Notes under the pieces: generated by a model
Databases searched by the model: none
The model's input: the letters and a program-made list of their open reading frames with translations, nothing else
What the model was told of the DNA's origin: nothing
Position numbers and translations under genes: made by a program
Part shown: positions 37,604 through 46,653 of the stretch, piece by piece
Layout: the number at the start of each line of letters is the position of its first letter
Numbering within the stretch: the first letter of the stretch is position 1
Assembly: GCA_965213765.1 (NCBI GenBank)
Contig: OZ243926.1
Coordinates: forward strand, 3,481,627-3,545,626
Reading direction: 5' to 3'
DNA from: Rhodospirillales bacterium
GTDB taxonomy: Bacteria; Pseudomonadota; Alphaproteobacteria; Rhodospirillales; UBA2165
DNA: 64,000 nt

Positions 37604-38743
37604 ATGGCCGCCAGAAACAAACCCCCGTACCGTGCCGATCATGTGGGATCGCTGCTGCGCCCCGATGCGCTGTTGATCTCGCGCAACAAGTGGCACGATG
37701 GGGAAATCAGCCTCGACCTGCTGCGCGAACACGAAGACGCCTGCATCAAGGAAGCGGTCAAGTTGCAGGAGGATGTGGGTTTGACGGCCGTCACCGACGG
37801 CGAGTACCGGCGTGCCAGCTTCCACGTCGATTTCATCCAGAAGGTCATCAACATCGACGCGCCGTGGGATTTCGAACGGGCGGTGTCGGTCTCCGATGAA
37901 AACAAGGAGCATGAAGCCAGGGATGAAGCCAAGGCGACCCCCTTCGTGCCCAAGGTGGTCGGCAAGATGGCGCTGCCCGAGGGCGGCATCGAGGTGGAAA
38001 ATTACAAGTTCACCTCGTCGCTCACCGATCATCCGGTGAAGGTCACCCTGCCGTCGCCGACGATGACCCATTTCCGGGGCGGCCGCGATGCCATCGACAA
38101 GGAGGCCTATCCCGAGCTCGGCACCTTCTTCGCCGACCTTTCCAGGCTTTACCGCGAGGAGTTGGCGCTCCTGGCCGAAGCCGGCTGCCGCTACGTCCAG
38201 TTCGACGACACCAATCTGGCTTTTCTCTGCGATGAGAAAATGCGACGGGGTGCGATCGACCGGGGCGAGGATCCGGACGAATTGCCGGCGACCTATGCGG
38301 CGCTGATCAATGATTCCATCCGCGACCGCCATCCCGACATGGCTGTCTGCATCCACCTCTGCCGGGGGAACGCCAAGAGCCAGTGGTTCGCCTCCGGCGG
38401 CTACGAACCGGTGGCCGAGAAGATGTTCAATCTCACCGACGTGGACGGATTTTTCCTCGAGTATGACGATGAGCGCTCGGGCGGCTTCGAGCCGCTGCGC
38501 TTCGTGCCCGAGGGCAAGCAGGTGGTGCTTGGCCTGGTGACCACCAAACGCTCGGATTTGGAGAGCAAGGACGAGTTGAAGGCGCGGATCGAGGAGGCGT
38601 CCAAATACGTCGATGCCGATCAGCTTTGCCTCAGCCCCCAGTGCGGGTTTTCCTCCAACGCCGTCGGCAATCTGGTGACGGTCAATGACGAAATCGCCAA
38701 GTTCCGGCTGATCATCGAGACCGCGGAGGAGGTCTGGGGCTGA
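37604..38743 (+). CDS. Single-domain MetE-like protein (cobalamin-independent methionine synthase II family), paralog a
   Basis: ORF-track 379 aa: YRADHVGSLLRP...VTDGEYRR. Putative Zn ligands IHLCRGN, LEYDDE, SPQCGFSS. Lacks the N-terminal half of canonical two-domain MetE. Confidence 0.8.
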   Translation: MAARNKPPYRADHVGSLLRPDALLISRNKWHDGEISLDLLREHEDACIKEAVKLQEDVGLTAVTDGEYRRASFHVDFIQKVINIDAPWDFERAVSVSDENKEHEARDEAKATPFVPKVVGKMALPEGGIEVENYKFTSSLTDHPVKVTLPSPTMTHFRGGRDAIDKEAYPELGTFFADLSRLYREELALLAEAGCRYVQFDDTNLAFLCDEKMRRGAIDRGEDPDELPATYAALINDSIRDRHPDMAVCIHLCRGNAKSQWFASGGYEPVAEKMFNLTDVDGFFLEYDDERSGGFEPLRFVPEGKQVVLGLVTTKRSDLESKDELKARIEEASKYVDADQLCLSPQCGFSSNAVGNLVTVNDEIAKFRLIIETAEEVWG

Positions 38744-38745
38744 AT

Positions 38746-38955
38746 CACCCTCACCCCAACCCTCTCTTCAAGGGAGAGGGATGCGAGCCGAATCCCGTCG
38801 CCCCCTTCAGGGGGAGAGGGTTAGGGTGAGGGGGGCCTCCGTGTCCGCCCGGTCTCCAGAGGAAACCGGATTCGCATGGCGGTTCCGCGACGCCGAAGCG
38901 GCCTTTGGCTGCGAAGGCCGGAAGGGGGGGGGAGCCGGAGCGGCGCGCTTCGACA
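38746..38955. repeat. GAGGG-hairpin mosaic intergenic repeat (element D)
   Basis: CCCTCACCCCAACCCTCTC...GGGGAGAGGGTTAGGGTGAGGGG long hairpin, plus module CGCCGAAGCGGCCTTTGGCTGCGAAGGCCGGAAGGGGGG. Both are shared (second module inverted) with 61868-62030. Fills the gap between convergent genes. Confidence 0.6.
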
Positions 38956-40311
38956 CTAGGCGGCTAACGTCAGCCCCTTCAAAATCTTTCGACCCGAGCG
39001 GGCGAGGAGGGCCTTCTTCTCCTCGAGCCTGCGGTATTTGAGCTTGCCGTTCGCCTTCATCACCCGGCCGGCGACGAGGACCGTGTCGACGTTGGAGCCG
39101 TTGGCGTGGAAGACAACGCTCTCGACCGGGTCATGCACCGGGAACATGTTCAGATCGTTGCCGTTGATCAAAATAATGTCGGCCTGCTTGCCGGGTTTGA
39201 GCGAGCCGACCCGCTTGTCGATGCCCAGCGACTTGGCCGCATCGATGGTCGCCCAGCGGAGCGCCTCGATCGGCTTGATGGAGAGGGTCTGCGCCGGCGC
39301 CTTGGTGCGCTTGGCGGTCGCCCGGTTGTCGATGTTGCGCTGGCTTTGCAGCGTCATTCGCATGACGGTGAACATGTCGCCGGAGATGTTGCTCTCCACA
39401 TCGACGCCCACCGAGAGCAGCCCGCCGTAGTCGCGCACCCGCCCGGTGAGCGGCGCGCCGTGGCCCATCTGCAGTTCGACCTCGGGCGTCACGGTGACCG
39501 ATGCGCCGGTATCCAGGATCAGTTTGAGCTCGGCGTCGGACAGGTAAACCCCGTGAACCAGGTTGTGCCGCTTGTCCAGAAGTCCCGCCTTGGCGAGCTT
39601 CCCGTACCCGTCCTTGTTCATCCGGTTCGGTGCGCCCCAGACATGGGCGCTGACCAGCAGGTTGAACTCCTTGGCGAGCTCGAAGTCATGCTTGGTCACT
39701 TCCCAGGTGGAAAAATCGGGGCCGAGCACCGCCATCCCCAAGGTGATCAGCTGATCGTCCGAGGCGAAGGGGCCTTTCCGCAAGCGCTCGATCTCGGATC
39801 GGGGGTGCGGGATATGGGTATATGGCGTCTGGTTCTTCTCGGCGTCCGGCTTGGGCGAGCCATGACCGAACACCGCCCGGATGCCTGATTCCCGCAAGCC
39901 CTCGATGGCCGCGTCGGTGTGCCCGGGGGTGGCGTTGTTGTGGCACCAATCGAAGATGGTCGTCGCGCCGTTGCCGATCTGATTGAGCGCCCCCACCAGA
40001 TTGCCGAGATAGGTGTCGTTGGCGGTGTAGCGGGGCGCGATGGCGGCGTGCATATGATGGAGGTATTCAGGGATCGACCAGTTGCCGGCAACCCCCCGGA
40101 TGCCCGTCTGCCAGGTATGCAGGTGCGCGTTGACGAAGCCCGGCATGGCGATCATGCCTGCGGCATCGATGACCTTGGCTCCGGGCGACCGGACGGTCCC
40201 GCCGATCTTCTCGATCTTGTCGCCGTTGATCAGGATATCGCCCTTGGCGAGGTTGTTGATGCCGCGGTCCATGGAAATGACGGCCGCACCCTTGATCAAC
40301 GTCTTGGACAT
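38956..40311 (-). CDS. Amidohydrolase-superfamily enzyme (TRZ/ATZ / nucleobase-deaminase-like)
   Basis: ORF-track 451 aa: MPGFVNAHLHTWQT (metal-binding HxH), later HGV and D motifs. Confidence 0.8.
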   Translation of the reverse strand: MSKTLIKGAAVISMDRGINNLAKGDILINGDKIEKIGGTVRSPGAKVIDAAGMIAMPGFVNAHLHTWQTGIRGVAGNWSIPEYLHHMHAAIAPRYTANDTYLGNLVGALNQIGNGATTIFDWCHNNATPGHTDAAIEGLRESGIRAVFGHGSPKPDAEKNQTPYTHIPHPRSEIERLRKGPFASDDQLITLGMAVLGPDFSTWEVTKHDFELAKEFNLLVSAHVWGAPNRMNKDGYGKLAKAGLLDKRHNLVHGVYLSDAELKLILDTGASVTVTPEVELQMGHGAPLTGRVRDYGGLLSVGVDVESNISGDMFTVMRMTLQSQRNIDNRATAKRTKAPAQTLSIKPIEALRWATIDAAKSLGIDKRVGSLKPGKQADIILINGNDLNMFPVHDPVESVVFHANGSNVDTVLVAGRVMKANGKLKYRRLEEKKALLARSGRKILKGLTLAA

Positions 40312-40435
40312 AACCCGGCGCTCCCTGAAATTCGTTGGTTATCATCTAGGATTGATGTTGGCGGCAGCGTTGGGCTACCCTTGCAGCCAACAAATCACGC
40401 GCCCGCAGGGAGGGCAAGTACGAAGGGAGAACGTC

Positions 40436-40918
40436 ATGCCGGACTCGGTCTTGAATCTGAATTTCCTGTCCCACGGGACACTCGAATCCCGCGATCTGGA
40501 TAAGATCCGTGAGTTTTACGAGAAGTTCCTGGGGCTCGAGGTGATCCGGACCAGCAACATTTCGCTGCTCATCAGGCTGGGCGGACCCAACACCATTGCC
40601 GTCGTCCAAAACGCCAAGAAGCCGGACATGCCGTTCCTCAATCACAACGGCCTCGACGTGGAGACCCGGGAAGAGGTGGATGCGGCCTATGAGTTGACGG
40701 TCCGGCATCAGGAGGAGTGGGGCATTTCACAGCTCCGCAAGCCCAGGCTGCAGCACGGCACCTACTCGTTCTTCTTCAAGGACATGGACGACAATTGGTG
40801 GGAAATCCTCACCAATCCCAAGGATGGGTACTCCTGGCTGTTCGAGAAGGGTGATCAGAAAGGCCGCGGCCATCTGGACGACGAATTCGACCGCCCGGGA
40901 ATGAGCGCCGCCGAGTAG
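40436..40918 (+). CDS. VOC (glyoxalase/dioxygenase) family protein
   Basis: ORF-track 40082..40918 trimmed to the ATG at 40436 (MPDSVLNLNFLSHGTLESRDLDKIREFYEKFLGLEV...SFFFKDMDDNWWEI). GGGAGAA lies upstream. Confidence 0.55.
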   Translation: MPDSVLNLNFLSHGTLESRDLDKIREFYEKFLGLEVIRTSNISLLIRLGGPNTIAVVQNAKKPDMPFLNHNGLDVETREEVDAAYELTVRHQEEWGISQLRKPRLQHGTYSFFFKDMDDNWWEILTNPKDGYSWLFEKGDQKGRGHLDDEFDRPGMSAAE

Positions 40919-40921
40919 CCG

Positions 40922-42889
40922 TCAGAGCCAGACCGTCGACAGGATCGGGAACATGATCAGGATGATGGTGACGAACAACATCATGATCACGTAGGGGAAG
41001 GCGCCGGCGAAGATCTGATTGAGCGTCACCGTCGCGTCTTCGATGGTACTTCGCACCACATAGACGGCGATACCGAAGGGCGGCGTCAGCAATCCCATCT
41101 CGACCGCGATCACGGTGACGATCCCGAACCAAATCAGGTCGCCGCCGAAGGCGCTGACGATGGGCAGCACGATGGGCAGCAGGATCAGCATCATCGAGAT
41201 GGAATCCAGGAACATCCCGAAAATGATCACCAGGATCACGTAAAGGACGAGGAACCCGGCGAATCCGAGATTTGCCCCGCCGATGATCTCGCCGAGGGAC
41301 TGGGGAAAGCCGCTGAGCGCCAGCATCCGGCCATAGATGTTGGCCGCCAGGATCAGGAACAGAACGCTGACCGTGGTGTGGCCGGTCTCGACCAGCACGT
41401 TCCAAAGCTTCCGCCAGGTGAGCCGGCGCTTGAGCAGCGAAATCACCAGCGCGCCGGCGGCGCCGACGGCGCCGGCCTCCACCGGCGTGAAAAGTCCGCC
41501 ATAGATGCCGCCCATGACGACGACGACCAGCAGCAGGATGGGCAGGATTTTCCAGAATGCGGTGGCGACGCTCTCGCCCTCTTCATCGTCGTCGTCCCTC
41601 GGCCGGCCGACGAAATCGGGGAAGAAGTGGGCCATGCCGACGATCGAAACCGCCATCACCAGCGCCAGGATGATGCCGGGGATGATGGCGGCCAGGAACA
41701 GCAACCCGACCGACTGCTCGGCAACAAAGGAATATACGATCAGCAGCAGGCTCGGCGGGATCAGCATCCCCAGCACCGACGACCCCGCCACCGTGCCTAC
41801 GGCGAATTTCCGGGTGTAGCCGTGCGCCACCATGTGGGGTGTGGCGACCTTGGTGAACACGGCCGCCGAGGCGATGGAGGAGCCGGTAATGGCCGCGAAA
41901 ATGGCGTTGGCGAATACCGTCGCGACACCAAGGCCGCCCTTGACCTTTCTGAGCAGCCACCGGGCGACGTCGAAGGTGTCCTTGCCGATATCGGATTCGC
42001 TGATCACCAGGCCCATGAGCACGAACAGCGGCACCACGCCGAGGAAGAAGTTCCTCAGGAATTCGTTGGAGGCCAGCTTGACCGTGTTGATGGCGACGTT
42101 GGGGCCGCCCAACATGACCCAGATGCCGAAGAAGCCGAGGATGATCAAGGCAATGCCGATATGGATGCCCGTGACGATCAGGACCAGCATGCCGACGATG
42201 GAAACGGCGCCGACGGTAACCTTGTCGAAGTCGGCTTCGAACATCCCCGCAATGGCGGCGATGACCGCGACGACGATCAGCAGGTGAAGCCAACCGATTT
42301 TTTCGTCCGGTTGTTCGGCGCGGTGCCTGCGATAGGCGGCGACGGCATCCGACAGGTGTTCGAGCGTCAGCACAAAATACTTGATGGCGACCATGATGGC
42401 GCCGATGAGAATGATCAGCCTGAGCGGCCAGACCAGGATGGTGAATTCGTTCTCGACGCCGAATTTCAGGCTCGGCCAGACCTCTTCCAGCTTATCGACC
42501 GTGCCGAAGGCGATTAGGCCGAAGACGAACACCCCGGCCGCCGAAAAGACGGTGTGAAAGAGAGCGCCGACCACCGGACGCTTCTCGGCCAGCGGGTCGA
42601 TGTACATCTCGGCGCGTGCAAACCGTCCCACATGCAGCGAGTGGGCGAGTTGCAGGAACACGGAGCCGATAAGCGTGTAGGCGACCAGTTCCGCGACCCC
42701 CCGGATCGGGGCGTTAAACCAGCCGCGCGCGATGACGTCGGCGCAGATGAGGAACATGATGCCGAACACCCAGATGGTGCCGGCACTGTTCATCCATGAG
42801 GCGATAAAGGTGACGAGATTGGCGAGGGGCCGGAGAAACCCCGGCGCCCCGCCGATCTCGGTCGTGATGGGACTCGGCGAGTCCGCCAA
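40922..42889 (-). CDS. TRAP transporter fused small/large permease (DctQ-DctM fusion)
   Basis: ORF-track 655 aa. N-terminal 4-TM DctQ-like region followed by a long DctM-like polytopic region. Confidence 0.9.
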   Translation of the reverse strand: MADSPSPITTEIGGAPGFLRPLANLVTFIASWMNSAGTIWVFGIMFLICADVIARGWFNAPIRGVAELVAYTLIGSVFLQLAHSLHVGRFARAEMYIDPLAEKRPVVGALFHTVFSAAGVFVFGLIAFGTVDKLEEVWPSLKFGVENEFTILVWPLRLIILIGAIMVAIKYFVLTLEHLSDAVAAYRRHRAEQPDEKIGWLHLLIVVAVIAAIAGMFEADFDKVTVGAVSIVGMLVLIVTGIHIGIALIILGFFGIWVMLGGPNVAINTVKLASNEFLRNFFLGVVPLFVLMGLVISESDIGKDTFDVARWLLRKVKGGLGVATVFANAIFAAITGSSIASAAVFTKVATPHMVAHGYTRKFAVGTVAGSSVLGMLIPPSLLLIVYSFVAEQSVGLLFLAAIIPGIILALVMAVSIVGMAHFFPDFVGRPRDDDDEEGESVATAFWKILPILLLVVVVMGGIYGGLFTPVEAGAVGAAGALVISLLKRRLTWRKLWNVLVETGHTTVSVLFLILAANIYGRMLALSGFPQSLGEIIGGANLGFAGFLVLYVILVIIFGMFLDSISMMLILLPIVLPIVSAFGGDLIWFGIVTVIAVEMGLLTPPFGIAVYVVRSTIEDATVTLNQIFAGAFPYVIMMLFVTIILIMFPILSTVWL

Positions 42890-42891
42890 GC

Positions 42892-43965
42892 CTACTTATC
42901 CCAGTCGCGCAGCGGTTTGACGCCTGCCTTGCGAACGCCGTCCATGTAGGCCTTGAGGACGGTTTTTGCGGGAAGGCCCTTGGCCTCCTGCGCCTTCACC
43001 CAGTCGCCGGCGAGGTCGGGAATCATGTTGGCCCATTTCTTTTGCTCTTCCATGGGCAGCTCGGAGACCTTGGCACCCGCCTCGGGCAGCAGCTTTTTGA
43101 AGCTGGCGTTGTGGAATCCGGCGGTCCGTTTGGCGACCAGTTCGCCGTAGCCCTTGCCGATGTCGTGGAACATCTCCTTCATTTCCTTCGGCAGGCCGTC
43201 ATAGGTGTTCTTGTTCATGGTCAGGGCGCCGGTCATTCCGCCGCCGAGACCGACCTTGATGATATAGGGAGCCGCCTCATGCAGTTTGAAGGGAAAAATA
43301 CCGGTGCCGGGTACGATGGCGCCGTCGGTGACGCCCGTCTTGATGCCGTTGTAGTAGACCGGCAGGCCGCCGTTGACGCCGATGGCGCCGGTGCCCTTGA
43401 GCCACGCCGCCGACGCGCCGGGGGCGTAGAACTTCTTGCCCTTCAGATCGGCGACCGACTTGATCGGGGTTTTCGAAATCAGGACATAGGAGTCGATGGC
43501 CTGCGGGCCGAGATAGACCTGGTTGTTCTTGATGAACGCATCCCGCATCGCCGGAATGTTGGTGTGCATGTCGTCTTGGATGCTGGCGGCGAGTTCCACA
43601 TCGTCGGTCACGAAGGGGATCGAGAAGGTGACGTTCTGCAGCGGCAGCTTGTTGGGCTCCCACAGCGTGCCGACCCAGCCGATATCGCCGAGGCCGTCGC
43701 CGATGCCCTCGAGGGTGTTCTTGAAATTATAGAGCGCGCCGGCATAGGCTTCGGTCCACTTGATGGTGTGGCCGAGCGCCTTGGCCCGCTTGGCCGACTC
43801 CGGGACCACGAAGTCCTGGAGGGTCTTGACCCACGGCACCACGGGGGGGTGCGAAGAGCTGGCCGTGAGTTTGAATTCTTTGGCATTAGATTGACCCGTG
43901 ACCGCAAGCGTCGTGAACGCGGCGGCGGCAACACCAAGGGCCAATCCCTTGAAGGATTTGGGCAT
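42892..43965 (-). CDS. TRAP transporter substrate-binding protein (DctP-type) with signal peptide
   Basis: ORF-track 357 aa: MPKSFKGLALGVAAAAFTTLAVTGQSNA. Ends 2 bp upstream of the permease gene. Confidence 0.85.
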   Translation of the reverse strand: MPKSFKGLALGVAAAAFTTLAVTGQSNAKEFKLTASSSHPPVVPWVKTLQDFVVPESAKRAKALGHTIKWTEAYAGALYNFKNTLEGIGDGLGDIGWVGTLWEPNKLPLQNVTFSIPFVTDDVELAASIQDDMHTNIPAMRDAFIKNNQVYLGPQAIDSYVLISKTPIKSVADLKGKKFYAPGASAAWLKGTGAIGVNGGLPVYYNGIKTGVTDGAIVPGTGIFPFKLHEAAPYIIKVGLGGGMTGALTMNKNTYDGLPKEMKEMFHDIGKGYGELVAKRTAGFHNASFKKLLPEAGAKVSELPMEEQKKWANMIPDLAGDWVKAQEAKGLPAKTVLKAYMDGVRKAGVKPLRDWDK

Positions 43966-44040
43966 TGAGTCTCTCCCTGTTCGTCCAGCAACTCGGTTAT
44001 CGACCGTGCCGCCGGCTGGACACTGCGGAAAACCGGCACG

Positions 44041-44088
44041 GCAATCGATTGCAGGGCGGATTGTCTGTCAGATCATTTCGATTTTCAA
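44041..44088 (-). promoter_or_regulatory. Candidate sigma70-type promoter plus 12-bp perfect palindrome upstream of TRAP genes
   Basis: Minus strand: TTGAAA (44088-44083), 17-nt spacer, GACAAT (44065-44060), then GCAATCGATTGC (44041-44052). Lies 76-123 nt upstream of the dctP-like ATG. Confidence 0.35.
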
Positions 44089-44150
44089 TAACATTCGTGC
44101 CGGGACAATATCCCCCGGCCGCGTTTGGATGAGGATGTGGGGGACATCGC

Positions 44151-44399
44151 TCAGCCGATCGCTTCGATAGCGTCAAAATGGCCGGCAGGGCCGGTGAATA
44201 AATAACCGAAACCGTCGTTCTCGCCGTGGGGAATGCCGGGGACGGCGACCATATCGCCCGGCAATCGGCTGCCATGATGGAGGTTTATGGTTTGGCCTCC
44301 GAGATTACCGTCGCGCAGGCCGGTGCCCATTCCACGCAGGAAATCGGCCGCAATTCCTTTGACCGGGCTTTTGACCGGCCTTTTGACAGGCGTGTTCAA
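44151..44399 (-). CDS. Hypothetical small protein (possible cupin-motif remnant); coding status uncertain
   Basis: ORF-track 82 aa, TTG start in a TTGA overlap with the upstream dehydrogenase stop. N-terminus PVKR/PVKS/PVKG is encoded by a 12-bp x3 tandem repeat. GDMVAVPGIPHGEN resembles cupin motif 2. Third-position GC is lower than in neighbouring genes. Confidence 0.25.
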   Translation of the reverse strand: MNTPVKRPVKSPVKGIAADFLRGMGTGLRDGNLGGQTINLHHGSRLPGDMVAVPGIPHGENDGFGYLFTGPAGHFDAIEAIG

Positions 44400-45274
44400 C
44401 GGGTTTTCTTCCAGTACCGGTAGGCGGCGGTGAAATCCTGATCCGCGCCCTCCGCCGCAAGGGCGTCCCGCCAGAGAGTCTGGATGAGAGTTGCGACGGG
44501 CGCGTCGACCCCGATCTGTTTGGCGAGGTCCCCGGCGATACCCACATCCTTGGCCATCAGGGACAGGCCGAACCCGGTTGCGAACGTTCCGGGCAGCACG
44601 TGATCCTTGATCGGGTGTTCGGTGTTGAAGTTTCGGCCGCTGGAGACGTTGATGATGTCGATCATGGTGGCCGGATCGAGGCCGAACTTCCCGCCCACCA
44701 GCATGGCTTCGGCGGCGGCGGTGAATCCGGCAGCGGCGACGTAGTTGTTCAGCGCCTTCATGGCGTGGCCGCTGCCCAGCGGGCCGGTGCGGAACAAATT
44801 CCCGCCCATGGCCTCCAGGACCGGCGTCGCTCTTCCGATGGCATCCTCGTTCTCGCCGCCGATCATGATGGTGAGCGTGCCGGCCTCGGCGCCGGATACG
44901 CCGCCCGACACCGGGGCGTCGATCAGAACGATGTCATGGGCCGCCAGTTCGGCACCCAGCTCCCGGGTGCCGACGGGCTCGGATGAGCTCATGTCCACCA
45001 CCACGGTGCCCGGCCTGAGATGGCCGGCCAGTCCGCCGTCCATTTCCATCAGGACCGCGCGAACGTCCGCTCCGGTGGGCAGCATGGTGACGATAATCTC
45101 GCGTTCCCCGCCGACCTCGCCGATATTGGCGGCGGCGGCGGCGCCGTGCTCGTCGACAAACGAAGCCGCCCGCGCCGCATCCAGGTCGAACACGGTGACC
45201 GCGTGACCTGCCTTGGCCACGTGGGCGGCCATGGGCCGGCCCATATTACCAATGCCGATAAACCCGACCTTCAA
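44396..45274 (-). CDS. NAD(P)-dependent oxidoreductase, 3-hydroxyisobutyrate dehydrogenase family
   Basis: ORF-track 292 aa: MKVGFIGIGNMGRPMAAHVAKAGH...GSGHAMKALNN. Confidence 0.85.
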   Translation of the reverse strand: MKVGFIGIGNMGRPMAAHVAKAGHAVTVFDLDAARAASFVDEHGAAAAANIGEVGGEREIIVTMLPTGADVRAVLMEMDGGLAGHLRPGTVVVDMSSSEPVGTRELGAELAAHDIVLIDAPVSGGVSGAEAGTLTIMIGGENEDAIGRATPVLEAMGGNLFRTGPLGSGHAMKALNNYVAAAGFTAAAEAMLVGGKFGLDPATMIDIINVSSGRNFNTEHPIKDHVLPGTFATGFGLSLMAKDVGIAGDLAKQIGVDAPVATLIQTLWRDALAAEGADQDFTAAYRYWKKTR

Positions 45275-45297
45275 GGGATCATTCTCCGCGTGGCGAT

Positions 45298-46431
45298 CTA
45301 GACCCCGCCCCAGATCTCGTTGGCGGTGGTGACCACCAGCTCCAGCTTCCGGCGCTGGTCATCCATGGTGATCTTGTTGCCTTCCTCGGTGGATGAGAAT
45401 CCGCACTGGGGCGCGATGCCCAGCTGATCGATGTCGGCGTACCTGGCCGCTTCGTCGAAATTCCGTTTGAGGCCGTCCACGGGTTCGAGCTCCGGCGTCT
45501 TGGTGGTGATGAAGCCGGGCAGCACCCGCTTATCGCCTTTGGGCAGCAGGCGGAGCGGCTCCAGCCCGCCGGCGCGGTCGGAGTCGTATTCCATGAAGAA
45601 GACGTCGGCGTCCGTTTTGTTGAAGATGGCGTCCGCCGCCGGATCGTAGGCGCCCTCGGCGACCCAGGTGGATTGGAAATTGCCGCGGCAGAGATGCATG
45701 CCGATGGTCATGTCGTCGGGCCGGTCCTTGATCGCCTCGTGCATCATCCGGGCGTACATTTCGATCAGTTCATCCGGATCCTCGCCGCCGGCCTCTTTTT
45801 CCGCCCGGATCTTCGGATCGCACAGATAGGCGAAGAAGATGTCGTCCATCTGCAGATAGCGGCATCCGGCTTGGTAGAAGGCGTCCACCGCCTGGGCGTA
45901 CGTCTTGGCGATGTCGGCGAACAAGACGTCCCGGTCCGCATATTCGGGCGGCTGGATATCCGATTTGAGCAATCGGAAATGACAGGCGCTGGGGCCGGGG
46001 ATGGAGATTTTCGGCGTCTTCGCCGCCACCGAGGCCAGGTAGGTGAAATGCCCGATCATCGGATGATCGGCGGGGAACGACAGCGGTCCCGAGATCACCG
46101 GGACAACCGCCAAGGCAAAGGTGCCGACGGCCCCCTCCGAGGAACGTTCCGCCAGATCGAGCCCATTGAGCCCGGCCATGAAATCGTAATGCCAGTAGGC
46201 GCGCCGGAACTCGCCGTCGGTGACCACCGGCAGGCCGAGTTCCTCCTGGAGCTTGACCGCCTCGATAATTTCGGCGTCCTCGGCTTCCTTGAGGTCGGCG
46301 GGTGTTTCGCCCTGGCCGAACCGGGCCAGCGCTCCTTGTTCAAACAGTTGCTCCCGCGCCCGCCTGACCCGTTCCGGCCGAAGCAGGCTGCCCACGTGAT
46401 CGGCCCGCGGCCGGATTTTCCCGTTCGTCAT
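45298..46431 (-). CDS. Single-domain MetE-like protein, paralog b
   Basis: ORF-track 45298..47463 trimmed to the ATG at 46431 (MTNGKIRPRADHVGSLLRP...). MHLCRGN, MEYDSD, APQCGFSS. The upstream part of the track ORF is antisense to the neighbouring gene. Confidence 0.8.
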   Translation of the reverse strand: MTNGKIRPRADHVGSLLRPERVRRAREQLFEQGALARFGQGETPADLKEAEDAEIIEAVKLQEELGLPVVTDGEFRRAYWHYDFMAGLNGLDLAERSSEGAVGTFALAVVPVISGPLSFPADHPMIGHFTYLASVAAKTPKISIPGPSACHFRLLKSDIQPPEYADRDVLFADIAKTYAQAVDAFYQAGCRYLQMDDIFFAYLCDPKIRAEKEAGGEDPDELIEMYARMMHEAIKDRPDDMTIGMHLCRGNFQSTWVAEGAYDPAADAIFNKTDADVFFMEYDSDRAGGLEPLRLLPKGDKRVLPGFITTKTPELEPVDGLKRNFDEAARYADIDQLGIAPQCGFSSTEEGNKITMDDQRRKLELVVTTANEIWGGV

Positions 46432-46567
46432 GTTGCGTGCCCCCTGGTGATTGGCGAATTTCAGTATAGGAACGCGCCCGCCGCCGCCAAACAGGTTTTG
46501 ATGTCCGGGATTGGGACGGTGCCCACGGCCCGTGCGATCCCGGTTTTCGCCTGGGTTCGGTGTGCCG

Positions 46568-46612
46568 GAGCAGTTTCCGGTCAAATGGATCAATCGGGCC
46601 GGAAACTGCTCT
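46568..46612. repeat. TAGAGC-type palindromic element (copy P2) in divergent promoter region
   Basis: GGAGCAGTTTCCGG-N17-CCGGAAACTGCTCT. Arms are identical to copy P1 (24366-24413) except at the outermost bases. Confidence 0.65.
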
Positions 46613-46653
46613 GGCATCGCCGCAACAATCACGTTTCGAACAGGGACTTCACT

